64,000 bases of DNA from an uncultured Fibrobacterota bacterium (lineage in GTDB: Bacteria > Fibrobacterota > OXYB2-FULL-49-7 > JAEUSG01): the NCBI GenBank assembly GCA_963831235.1, contig CAWHPS010000047.1:2306-66305 (forward strand). Direction: 5' to 3'. Within the stretch, counting starts at the first letter, position 1. Every line of letters begins with the position of its first letter. Positions 8,169 to 17,410 of the stretch are shown one piece after another. The notes beneath the pieces were generated by a model. The model did not search any database. It saw only the letters and a list, made by a program, of their open reading frames with translations, and was not told the DNA's origin. The position numbers and the translations under genes are program-made.

Positions 8169-10745
8169 GTCGGGATAGAGTTTACGCGCGCGCACATTAG
8201 GGTTCGTTGGCTTTTCCACAAACTTTCGCTGTGGGCCTCAGCACGACTCCCATCGTCACGTTTCATAAAGCCTCCCTGCGATCCCGGACGGTCGGTTTTC
8301 CCGAGTCCGGTTCTGACCTTGGCTCACCTTATATTTTCCGGTCATAAGCCTTCCCATCTTTTGTCTCGGCTTAAGTGTCGGCACACATACACCAAGTCTT
8401 GCATGGTTTACTTATTTCCTCGCCACTGCTCTTTATGGATGCTTATCCAGCTCTGTGTCTGGACATCCATATAGTCCCAGTGACCGCCAAGTGCCCAGAG
8501 CCCCTTTGCTATGGAAGTGTTACCTTCCGTTCTTAGCTCATACTGGCTCATGCGCCAGTCTCTTGTTCTCCACCCTTTTTCTTCCTATAAGGATGGTCTT
8601 TGCAGGTTGCTGCCGCCCCTGCTGAACATGAGACCTTCCCGACATTATTTCTGCAATCCTTGTGTAGGCGCATGGACCCGTATCCCGTTGTGCCTCCTTG
8701 CTGCATTTACCCACTTCTTTGCAAGGAGCATCGGCTTCACGTTCGGGGTGATACGTTCAGCGCACAAAACTTATCCTTGCCATGCAACTTCGGCAAGGGG
8801 AGGTATTTCGGGACTGCAGTCATTCGTTCATCTTCAAGCTCCTACACTCGCTAGACCTCCAGGTTGCTCCCACCTCAGCTTTATCCAAGCTGGGCGGCCA
8901 GGCCGTTTACACCACGCATTCCTCTGATGGTTGCCTGCACAGAGGTGTGGTATCGCTACGTGTCCGACATGGGCAATTGACACGGTTGGACTTCCACCAA
9001 CTGGATTGCAGCCTTGTCGGCTGCTCCGTCGGGATAGAGTTTACGCGCGCGCACATTAGGGTTCGTTGGCTTTTCCACAAACTTTCGCTGTGGGCCTCAG
9101 CACGACTCCCATCGTCACGTTTCATAAAGCCTCCCTGCGATCCCGGACGGTCGGTTTTCCCGAGTCCGGTTCTGACCTTGGCTCACCTTATATTTTCCGG
9201 TCATAAGCCTTCCCATCTTTTGTCTCGGCTTAAGTGTCGGCACACATACACCAAGTCTTGCATGGTTTACTTATTTCCTCGCCACTGCTCTTTATGGATG
9301 CTTATCCAGCTCTGTGTCTGGACATCCATATAGTCCCAGTGACCGCCAAGTGCCCAGAGCCCCTTTGCTATGGAAGTGTTACCTTCCGTTCTTAGCTCAT
9401 ACTGGCTCATGCGCCAGTCTCTTGTTCTCCACCCTTTTTCTTCCTATAAGGATGGTCTTTGCAGGTTGCTGCCGCCCCTGCTGAACATGAGACCTTCCCG
9501 ACATTATTTCTGCAATCCTTGTGTAGGCGCATGGACCCGTATCCCGTTGTGCCTCCTTGCTGCATTTACCCACTTCTTTGCAAGGAGCATCGGCTTCACG
9601 TTCGGGGTGATACGTTCAGCGCACAAAACTTATCCTTGCCATGCAACTTCGGCAAGGGGAGGTATTTCGGGACTGCAGTCATTCGTTCATCTTCAAGCTC
9701 CTACACTCGCTAGACCTCCAGGTTGCTCCCACCTCAGCTTTATCCAAGCTGGGCGGCCAGGCCGTTTACACCACGCATTCCTCTGATGGTTGCCTGCACA
9801 GAGGTGTGGTATCGCTACGTGTCCGACATGGGCAATTGACACGGTTGGACTTCCACCAACTGGATTGCAGCCTTGTCGGCTGCTCCGTCGGGATAGAGTT
9901 TACGCGCGCGCACATTAGGGTTCGTTGGCTTTTCCACAAACTTTCGCTGTGGGCCTCAGCACGACTCCCATCGTCACGTTTCATAAAGCCTCCCTGCAAT
10001 CCCGGACGGTCGGTTTTCCCGAGTCCGGTTCTGACCTTGGCTCACCTTATATTTTCCGGTCATAAGCCTTCCCATCTTTTGTCTCGGCTTAAGTGTCGGC
10101 ACACATACACCAAGTCTTGCATGGTTTACTTATTTCCTCGCCACTGCTCTTTATGGATGCTTATCCAGCTCTGTGTCTGGACATCCATATAGTCCCAGTG
10201 ACCGCCAAGTGCCCAGAGCCCCTTTGCTATGGAAGTGTTACCTTCCGTTCTTAGCTCATACTGGCTCATGCGCCAGTCTCTTGTTCTCCACCCTTTTTCT
10301 TCCTATAAGGATGGTCTTTGCAGGTTGCTGCCGCCCCTGCTGAACATGAGACCTTCCCGACATTATTTCTGCAATCCTTGTGTAGGCGCATGGACCCGTA
10401 TCCCGTTGTGCCTCCTTGCTGCATTTACCCACTTCTTTGCAAGGAGCATCGGCTTCACGTTCGGGGTGATACGTTCAGCGCACAAAACTTATCCTTGCCA
10501 TGCAACTTCGGCAAGGGGAGGTATTTCGGGACTGCAGTCATTCGTTCATCTTCAAGCTCCTACACTCGCTAGACCTCCAGGTTGCTCCCACCTCAGCTTT
10601 ATCCAAGCTGGGCGGCCAGGCCGTTTACACCACGCATTCCTCTGATGGTTGCCTGCACAGAGGTGTGGTATCGCTACGTGTCCGACATGGGCAATTGACA
10701 CGGTTGGACTTCCACCAACTGGATTGCAGCCTTGTCGGCTGCTCC
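8169..10745 (-). repeat. three exact head-to-tail copies of an 859-bp unclassified element nested in intron copy 1
   Basis: Units at 8169-9027, 9028-9886 and 9887-10745. 2577 = 3 x 859. One SNP was seen between units (gatcccgg versus aatcccgg). Absent from intron copies 2 and 3. Confidence 0.85.
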
Positions 10746-11283
10746 CACCCCATACCTCCATCAACCCACCTTGCGGCCAGTCTGCTCTTCCAGTAGCAAA
10801 GAGCGTAGCTATGAGGTTACTTCGTTCCGTGTTTTGACCCATTAGATGCTTTAGGTTTGCGTAGTCCGCCGGTGGGGCTATTATCCGTGCCGGGACTAGT
10901 TGGAGAGTCCCCAGCCACCCACATCCGCCTTGCGACGGACACAGGCCTGTCAATTCCTTTGGCCTGCTACCTTCGTGACGACGGTTAACCGCATTCAGTT
11001 AGTTTAACCATGGCATCCTATTCTATGCCCGACTTTGCCGGAATGGAATTATCCGGAGAGACCCAGCCTCGCGGCTTGGCCCCTGCACTTTTGAATGTGC
11101 TGAGCACTTTGTCCGGGAGGCTTCATACCCACCGTAACAGGATTACGGCACGCATGCTCCCGTAGAATCTCGATGACGGAACATCGGGTCTGACAGGTTA
11201 CCATCATGACGAGTGCGATATTCTCGTCTTATCAGCCAATGGCAGCCTTCAGACAGTCAAAGAACACAGTTGACGAATCGCGA

Positions 11284-11408
11284 CCACGGCGGGTTGTGTT
11301 GCGCGCGCTGGCGAGCATCGAGCGAGCCTTTATATCAAAGGCAACAAAATCCATGATCAATATTTGTTGCCCTCTTTGCGCGCGTCAATACCAACCCGAT
11401 AGTTGGGG
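11284..11408 (-). repeat. integron attC site 1 (R' box split by intron copy 1)
   Basis: L' GGGTTGTGTTGCGCGCGC and L'' GCGCGCGTCAATACCAAC arms, with R'' GTTGGGG on the plus strand. Near-identical to attC-23. Confidence 0.8.
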
Positions 11409-11609
11409 CTGCACCGCGAATGTGCCCACGCGTTAAGCTACCGCGGTGTCAGCATTTCCGGCGCCATTACACATTGTGTCTTTTCAGTTAAGTGATCCCA
11501 GGCGCTAGCCTGAATTTTCATCTCTTTTTATTATCACGAGACTTTGTTGCAGCGCCATTAGATTGTTGTCTAATCTGGAAAATGTGAGTGCGTATAAAAA
11601 TTAGGGTAA

Positions 11610-11999
11610 TTATTCTGCTGTAATATTATTGTCAGGATTTACTGCATTATTCTTGATAAGATCATCTTCGATGATCTTCTGAAGCTGAGGGAGAATGATT
11701 GGAATGTCCTCTGTGATAGTTGCAAATACGATGTTATAATTAATGTCAAAATAAGCGTGAATTAATCGATTGCGCATTACGATTATTTTCTTCCAAGGAA
11801 TAGAAGTATGTTCTTTTTGAAATTCTCCGCTCACTTTAGAAGCTGCCTCACCGAGAACTTCAAGAGAACGGACAACAGCATTTGCAATAGTCTTATTATT
11901 TGGCAGATTTTCTTTTGTCATGCCACCAAGAATATCTTTGGCTTCATTGGCAGCTTCAATCATGTGTTTGATCCGAACAATGTCATCACGATTCAGCAT
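11610..11999 (-). CDS. HepT-like (DUF86) toxin
   Basis: RNRLIHAYFDINYNIV motif. The ATG at 11999 is preferred and overlaps the end of the upstream MNT gene. Confidence 0.75.
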   Translation of the reverse strand: MLNRDDIVRIKHMIEAANEAKDILGGMTKENLPNNKTIANAVVRSLEVLGEAASKVSGEFQKEHTSIPWKKIIVMRNRLIHAYFDINYNIVFATITEDIPIILPQLQKIIEDDLIKNNAVNPDNNITAE

Positions 12000-12300
12000 A
12001 TTGAACCTCGGCAGAATTAACAACTTCATCCCGAAAATACCTGCTTAGATCTTCCGGTGTGCGCAAATCAACCTCGCGGCCAATAATTTTAGAAAGCTCA
12101 ATCTGTATGCCAGCCAACCGAATTAATCCTGGCGTGTGATCTGCCTGGAATTCAACCAGGATGTCAATGTCGCTATCAGGACGCAATTTGCCTTTTATCG
12201 CTGATCCGAAGATAGATAGTTTTTTAATATTATATTGTTTACAAAAAGCAATAAGACTATTTTCTGAAAACTTGTCGTGTATAGAATATCCCATATTCAA
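11986..12300 (-). CDS. MntA-like nucleotidyltransferase antitoxin
   Basis: GSAIKGKLRPDSDIDILVEF minimal nucleotidyltransferase motif. Paired with HepT. Confidence 0.75.
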   Translation of the reverse strand: MNMGYSIHDKFSENSLIAFCKQYNIKKLSIFGSAIKGKLRPDSDIDILVEFQADHTPGLIRLAGIQIELSKIIGREVDLRTPEDLSRYFRDEVVNSAEVQYAES

Positions 12301-12821
12301 CCTCCTGTGTATAACATAATATTATATAGGGAAATGCAACAAGAGAAGCATTAAGCATACTTCTTTCTTTTCTCTAATCCGGCACCGTTACGTATGATGT
12401 TTTTTAGTTACTTTTATCTTAGCGCCAGTCTTTATCTTCTCGTGTGCCAATCCCCTTTCGGCGGTACCAAATTACACGCTTACCTGACCGACATATATTT
12501 TTTCTGCTTTTTCTTCGATTTATTCCGACGCCGCTACGATTTGTGTTTTTTAGTTACGTGATTTTTTTCCGGAATATCTTCTTCATTCTCTTTTTGCTTT
12601 TCCGGCGCCATTACGTTTTGTGCCTTTTTAGTTACGTCTACTTGGCGCCGGTCTTTGTGGTATATTTTAGCAATCGAATACGCATGCCTTTAATCCTGTG
12701 CCGTTACGTTTTGTGCCTTTTTAGTTAAGTTTATCTTGGCACCGGATTTCGTCCTAATCTCTTCATTTCTAGCACCGAATCAATTATGGTTCACTTGTTG
12801 GACTGCCCTGCCATTTTCGGC

Positions 12822-13838
12822 ACCGGGTGGGTCGGGGGCCTCTCGGCCCCGTTCCCCCCTCAGAACCGTACGTGACAGTTTCCCGTCATACGGCTCAAGC
12901 ATTCATAAGGCAACACCTTGCTTTTGTGCCACCCAGACGTAACCTTGTGGCCAACTCGCTTACCATACGGATGGTTATTGCACTTAGCGCGTATAATCCG
13001 TACAGCGTGAATCCGGTTACGGCCTTTGCGATACGCACCAGCAGGCCCTAAGTCGCTGTCGACGGGAGGGGGCCCGATTTGCACATAAGTCGCGTCAGTT
13101 TCAGACGCCTTTTTGGTGTCGCCACCATGCAAACCACCATAGCGTTCCCTCCTGGAAGGGTTCTCCTGATTATCTCGCAGTAGAACACCAGCATAGACCG
13201 TCAGCCTCCCATACGGGTGAGATAATGTTCCACCGTCGTCAATCGGCGGTCAATCTCTATCTCCCTCATTACAAGAGAGCATTCGCTTCTGTCAGCTTCT
13301 CACCCCATACCTCCATCAACCCACCTTGCGGCCAGTCTGCTCTTCCAGTAGCAAAGAGCGTAGCTATGAGGTTACTTCGTTCCGTGTTTTGACCCATTGG
13401 ATGCTTTAGGTTTGCGTAGTCCGCCGGTGGGGCTATTATCCGTGCCGGGACTAGTTGGAGAGTCCCCAGCCACCCACATCCGCCTTGCGACGGACACAGG
13501 CCTGTCAATTCCTTTGGCCTGCTACCTTCGTGACGACGGTTAACCGCATTCAGTTAGTTTAACCATGGCATCCTATTCTATGCCCGACTTTGCCGGAATG
13601 GAATTATCCGGAGAGACCCAGCCTCGCGGCTTGGCCCCTGCACTTTTGAATGTGCTGAGCACTTTGTCCGGGAGGCTTCATACCCACCGTAACAGGATTA
13701 CGGCACGCATGCTCCCGTAGAATCTCGATGACGGAACATCGGGTCTGACAGGTTACCATCATGACGAGTGCGATATTCTCGTCTTATCAGCCAATGGCAG
13801 CCTTCAGACAGTCAAAGAACACAGTTGACGAATCGCGA
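12822..13838 (-). mobile_element. ORF-less group II intron-like element, copy 2 (1017 nt)
   Basis: Domain V at 12863-12896. Flanks are the cassette leader ...TTTTCGGC on the left and attC-2 on the right. No RT-like ORF. Confidence 0.7.
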
Positions 13839-13967
13839 ACAACGAGCACTTGTGTTGCACGCGCTGCGAGCGATAAGCGAGCGATCCTATTAATGAAGAA
13901 GCAAATCCATAATCTATTTAACGCTTCTTTCCCTTGCGCACGTCAACACCAAGCGCTTAGTTGGGCA
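13839..13967 (-). repeat. integron attC site 2 (divergent sequence family, R' split by intron copy 2)
   Basis: ACAACGAGCACTTGTGTTGCACGCGC ... GCGCACGTCAACACCAAGCGCTTAGTTGGGC. Same architecture as the other sites but a clearly different sequence. Confidence 0.65.
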
Positions 13968-14073
13968 AGCGACGCGGCCAGCCCGCCTGCTATACCGAGT
14001 CCGCGGCGTCTGTCTCTTTTCCATCTTTATGAATCTTGTTGGTGGCCGTTTTCCGCCCGTTCCGCGCGTGTCT

Positions 14074-14310
14074 CTAAAATTTGTCGTTGGCGTCTGGCGT
14101 GGTGTGTGGAATTCTTGAAAGAGCTCTTTCAAATCTTGAACGAGAAGAGCGTTTTGCCCTTACTTCAAAGTATTCTTGTACGGTTAATGCAGATACTTTC
14201 TCAGATACAGCGCTGGAAATGAATTGATTAATGGATACACCATCGTTTTTGGCTATATCTTTCATATGGCGATGCAAAGAATTTGGTATGCGAAGACAAA
14301 TTGCACTCAT
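14074..14310 (-). CDS. ribbon-helix-helix / HicB-like antitoxin
   Basis: IPNSLHRHMKDIAKNDGVSINQFISSAVSEKV is RHH-like. Lies immediately downstream of the PIN gene. Confidence 0.55.
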   Translation of the reverse strand: MSAICLRIPNSLHRHMKDIAKNDGVSINQFISSAVSEKVSALTVQEYFEVRAKRSSRSRFERALSRIPHTTPDANDKF

Positions 14311-14311
14311 G

Positions 14312-14737
14312 TTATGCTCCTATGGTTTTTAAAAAGTCTTTTGGGGTTATTGCCCGTACTCTGAATCCTTTAACTGCATTGAAATGCCGAATGTTGTGTG
14401 TCACAATATATTCACAATTGGCGGCAACTGCAACCTCGAGGATCATTTCATCTTTAGGATCAGATAGACATGGTCGCCAAAGAAAAAAAAGCTCATGGGG
14501 GATGGCTTCTCCAATGACATAATCGAGGATGTCTTCAATAACATCATGTGCTAACCCCAGAAGCTTTCCATGACGATGTAACACTTCTTCGTATTCAAAC
14601 GCTAGAGGAACAGATAAGTGGTGTAAGTAATGGCCTTTTTTCATTAACGATAGAATTTTAAATGAGGCTCCATTTGCTGAGCGAATGGCAGATACCAAGA
14701 CATTGGTGTCTAAAACTATATCATATAGCGCCCGCAT
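14312..14737 (-). CDS. PIN-domain toxin
   Basis: IVLDTNVLVSAIRS N-terminal PIN motif, plus EMILEVAVAANCEYIVTHNIRHF at the C-terminus. Confidence 0.7.
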   Translation of the reverse strand: MRALYDIVLDTNVLVSAIRSANGASFKILSLMKKGHYLHHLSVPLAFEYEEVLHRHGKLLGLAHDVIEDILDYVIGEAIPHELFFLWRPCLSDPKDEMILEVAVAANCEYIVTHNIRHFNAVKGFRVRAITPKDFLKTIGA

Positions 14738-14830
14738 GATATCATATATAGTATGATTATGCGTGTTGAGTCAATGATTAATTTGAAGAATGATGATATA
14801 TTATAAAAGCCTAATGAATATAGGCCAAGT

Positions 14831-15100
14831 ATGAAGACAGCCCTTATCAAGATGGTGATATATGAAGTGGATCCGCTTTCCTGCCCTAAATGCGGGGGAC
14901 GGATGAGGATTGTCAGCTTTATAGAACAGGACGAGGTCATCCGGAGGATTCTCACCCACTGCGGTTTATGGAAAGACCCGCCGGTCAGACCGCCACCGAT
15001 GCCTGCTACATCCAGAATTTCGGAGAATCCAATCATTGAGGAGACGATAGACGATATTCCGGATTACTCCTTTTTCTCCGATATATGTTACGATGATTAA
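14831..15100 (+). pseudogene. C-terminal remnant of an IS91-family (Y2) transposase
   Basis: DPLSCPKCGGRMRIVSFIEQDEVIRRILTHCGLWKDPPVRPPP resembles the conserved C-terminal tail of IS91-type transposases. The catalytic part is absent. Confidence 0.45.
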
Positions 15101-15642
15101 AAATCCCAGCGAAAACGTCTTGGCGAAGCCCTATCTTTTCCCTTGAATTTTCGGTATTTGAGGGTCTATATTCTTATCACAAAGAGCGTGTGCGGATGGC
15201 ACCTGGGCGAAACAGGGTATTTCCAATGCAGAATGCGCAAGTTTTTCGCGATCCGGATTTACGAATAGATAAGAATGAAAATACCTATCAGTTATAAAAA
15301 AGCCAATGATTCGTTAATGTCACCGATTCGTTTTGCAATGGGCCCTTTTATTAGAAGCGGCGGTTTGATGATAGTAAATAGATCAATGCCTTCGAGAATC
15401 CAGAAATTGACATGTGACCAACGGCTTGTACCGGAGGTTTGTGCTGCCATCTCTATACGGTGATGCACACCCGGGGGTATGCAAAGCGTTGAGTCGGCAT
15501 CCACCAGAACATTTGCCGATTTTTTCGTTTAACTACACATGGATATATTATATAAGCTGTTAAAAGGTTTGAAAGCGTGCTCCACACTGTATCAAGCGAA
15601 TAGGTTACACGAGTCAGGGCAATCGCATTAAAATTCGCCACT

Positions 15643-15882
15643 TTATTTCTTATTGTCAACGGTAATACGTGACACACGATCCGTTCTTGTTCTTGCAGTT
15701 ACTTTGTTAGACTTGCCAGTTCTAATCATTTTCATGCACTTTACTGTTTCAACCTCCCATTCCACAATTTCGCGTTTCTTGAAATTCATCGCTTTTGCCA
15801 AAGCATTGGGAAAATTAACATACCACTGATTTCCTTTCTTCCGTGAGATGAGTTGAATCGTTGTTGGATAGCCCATGCCCAA
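15643..15882 (-). CDS. small AbrB/SpoVT-like protein encoded inside the IS left arm
   Basis: 79-aa ORF. NQWYVNFPNALAKAMNFKKREIVEWEV resembles a swapped-hairpin DNA-binding fold. Located between the left inverted repeat and the transposase gene. Confidence 0.3.
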   Translation of the reverse strand: MGMGYPTTIQLISRKKGNQWYVNFPNALAKAMNFKKREIVEWEVETVKCMKMIRTGKSNKVTARTRTDRVSRITVDNKK

Positions 15883-15982
15883 TTCCTTTCTATTTAAGTA
15901 GCTCTACGGATATCCGTAGAGCTATATTATAGTATAAAGAAGAGGCAATGTCCACATTTTATTTTACCTATAAGGGGGATTT

Positions 15983-17116
15983 ATGATTTCAACGCCATGC
16001 ACTTTTATCGAATACTTCCAAGACATACCGGACCCACGCATAGAACGTAAAAAACTCCACAAACTTATCGACATAATTGTTGTCTTGGTATGTGCTACCC
16101 TTTGCGGCGCCAAGTCATTCGAGGAAGTCGAATTATTTGGCAACGAGCGAATAGAGTGGCTTAAACAGTTTCTTGAACTCAAAAACGGCATTCCATCGCA
16201 TGACACTTTTGGGCGGGCCAGTGCCTTGCTAAATCCGAAAGACTTTCAAGAATGCTTTATAAAATGGGTTGAGGCGTTACGATTGCCGAAACAAAATGAA
16301 GTAATTGCAGTCGATGGAAAAACCGCACGGCGTTCATTTGATACCAAGGCCGACCGAAATGCTATCCATGTCGTTAGTGCCTGGGCAGCAGAAAATAACT
16401 TGGTACTGGGGCAAATAAAGGTGAATGATAAATCCAACGAAATCACCGCTATCCCTGAATTGCTGAATATGCTCATGGTGAAAGGATGTATCGTCACTAT
16501 CGATGCAATGGGTTGTCAAAAAGCTATTGCCGACAATATTGTAACCAATGGCGCGGATTATGTTCTCGCCGTTAAAGAAAATCAACCGAGCCTGTATGAA
16601 CAAATCCGCAACCGCGTAGATACTGTCGTGGTGGATGGGTTGAAAGATGTGGCCCATGACACGTATTCAACAGAGGATAAGGGACATGGTCGCGAAGAGC
16701 ATCGTGAGTATCATGTTATCGATGATATTACCTGGCTAAAAAATAAGGAACAGTGGCGATCATTGTCTGCTATCGGTGCTGTTCACTCCATAAGGAAAAC
16801 AAAAAAAGCAGAGCAGACAGAAATACGGTATTATATTCTCAGTCGTAAAATGTCGGCAAAACAGTTTGGTCAGGCAGTACGCAGTCATTGGGGAATTGAA
16901 AACAAATTGCATTGGAATCTGGATGTGTCTTTTAGAGAGGATGACTGTCGCATTAGAAAATCAAATGCACCAACAAATATGAATGTAGTCCGGCATGTCG
17001 CTATAAATCTATTGAGACAGGAAACATCAATAAAAGCCAGTATCGTACGCAAACAATTAAAAGCAGCTTTGAGCACACAATATTTGGAGCGCATCCTTGG
17101 AATCGTTAAATTTTAA
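15983..17116 (+). CDS. ISAs1-family transposase
   Basis: DPRIERKKLHKLIDIIVVLVCATLCGAKSFEEVELFG and HWGIENKLHWNLDVSFREDDCR are hallmark ISAs1 (H-repeat) motifs. Confidence 0.9.
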   Translation: MISTPCTFIEYFQDIPDPRIERKKLHKLIDIIVVLVCATLCGAKSFEEVELFGNERIEWLKQFLELKNGIPSHDTFGRASALLNPKDFQECFIKWVEALRLPKQNEVIAVDGKTARRSFDTKADRNAIHVVSAWAAENNLVLGQIKVNDKSNEITAIPELLNMLMVKGCIVTIDAMGCQKAIADNIVTNGADYVLAVKENQPSLYEQIRNRVDTVVVDGLKDVAHDTYSTEDKGHGREEHREYHVIDDITWLKNKEQWRSLSAIGAVHSIRKTKKAEQTEIRYYILSRKMSAKQFGQAVRSHWGIENKLHWNLDVSFREDDCRIRKSNAPTNMNVVRHVAINLLRQETSIKASIVRKQLKAALSTQYLERILGIVKF

Positions 17117-17410
17117 TGCGATTGCCCTGTTACACGAGTAACATCGCCGCACTGATATTCAAAACGCAGGGTCTGTTCTACAATATCAATAAAATGTCTT
17201 AAAGAACTTTCCATGCCCCATCCCGATATTTTAAAACCAATTGAGTTATTAAGTGGGTTATTTTAAAAATATATGATTAATAGTAAGAAATGACATACTT
17301 TCAGTAAGTTTTGCCATACTAAACTTCTTTCCCTAATAATAAAAATAACTTATACTTATTAACAGATATTCAATTAATAGTAGGTTTTTACAAGGAATGA
17401 AGGAGGCATT

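Larger units (their letters stand above)
7690..11283 (-). mobile_element. ORF-less group II intron-like element, copy 1 (1017 nt plus a 2577-bp nested insertion)
   Basis: Collinear with copies 2 and 3 apart from the insertion at 8169-10745 and at least 2 SNPs. Canonical domain V at 7731-7764. The 5' flank is attC-1. Confidence 0.7.
15615..17129 (+). mobile_element. ISAs1-family insertion sequence (1515 bp)
   Basis: 19-bp inverted repeats: CAGGGCAATCGCATTAAAA (15615-15633) and its reverse complement (17111-17129). 10-bp direct repeat TTACACGAGT at 15605-15614 and 17130-17139. Confidence 0.85.
15292..17214 (-). pseudogene. AraC-type ligand-binding (cupin) domain remnant, split by ISAs1 and frameshifted
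   Basis: MESSLRHFIDIVEQTLRFEYQCGDVTRV (17214-17130) continues as TYSLDTVW... at 15614. A second frame carries IPPGVHHRIE. No HTH domain is left. Divergent from the GH36 gene. Confidence 0.5.

Noticed and set aside
8511-10796. Repeated 138-aa, 84-aa and 183-aa plus-strand ORFs in the 859-bp units.
   Set aside because: The translations are low-complexity (Ser/Leu/Pro/Cys-rich) with no RT, maturase or transposase motifs. They repeat only because the DNA unit repeats, so I treat the unit as non-coding.
12444-12728. Many plus-strand ORFs in cassette leaders (MPLRRVFFSYVYLGTGFRP..., MAPDFVLISSF..., MLFFRRHYALCFSV...), recurring throughout 24500-47450.
   Set aside because: They are artefacts of reading through the repeated M, P-box and Box A modules. 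Frames and lengths change from copy to copy, and they run antisense to the array.
14716-15036. A 106-aa minus-strand ORF overlapping the PIN gene start and the IS91 remnant.
   Set aside because: It crosses a promoter-like AT-rich gap, runs antisense to the recognisable IS91 tail, and has no motif support.
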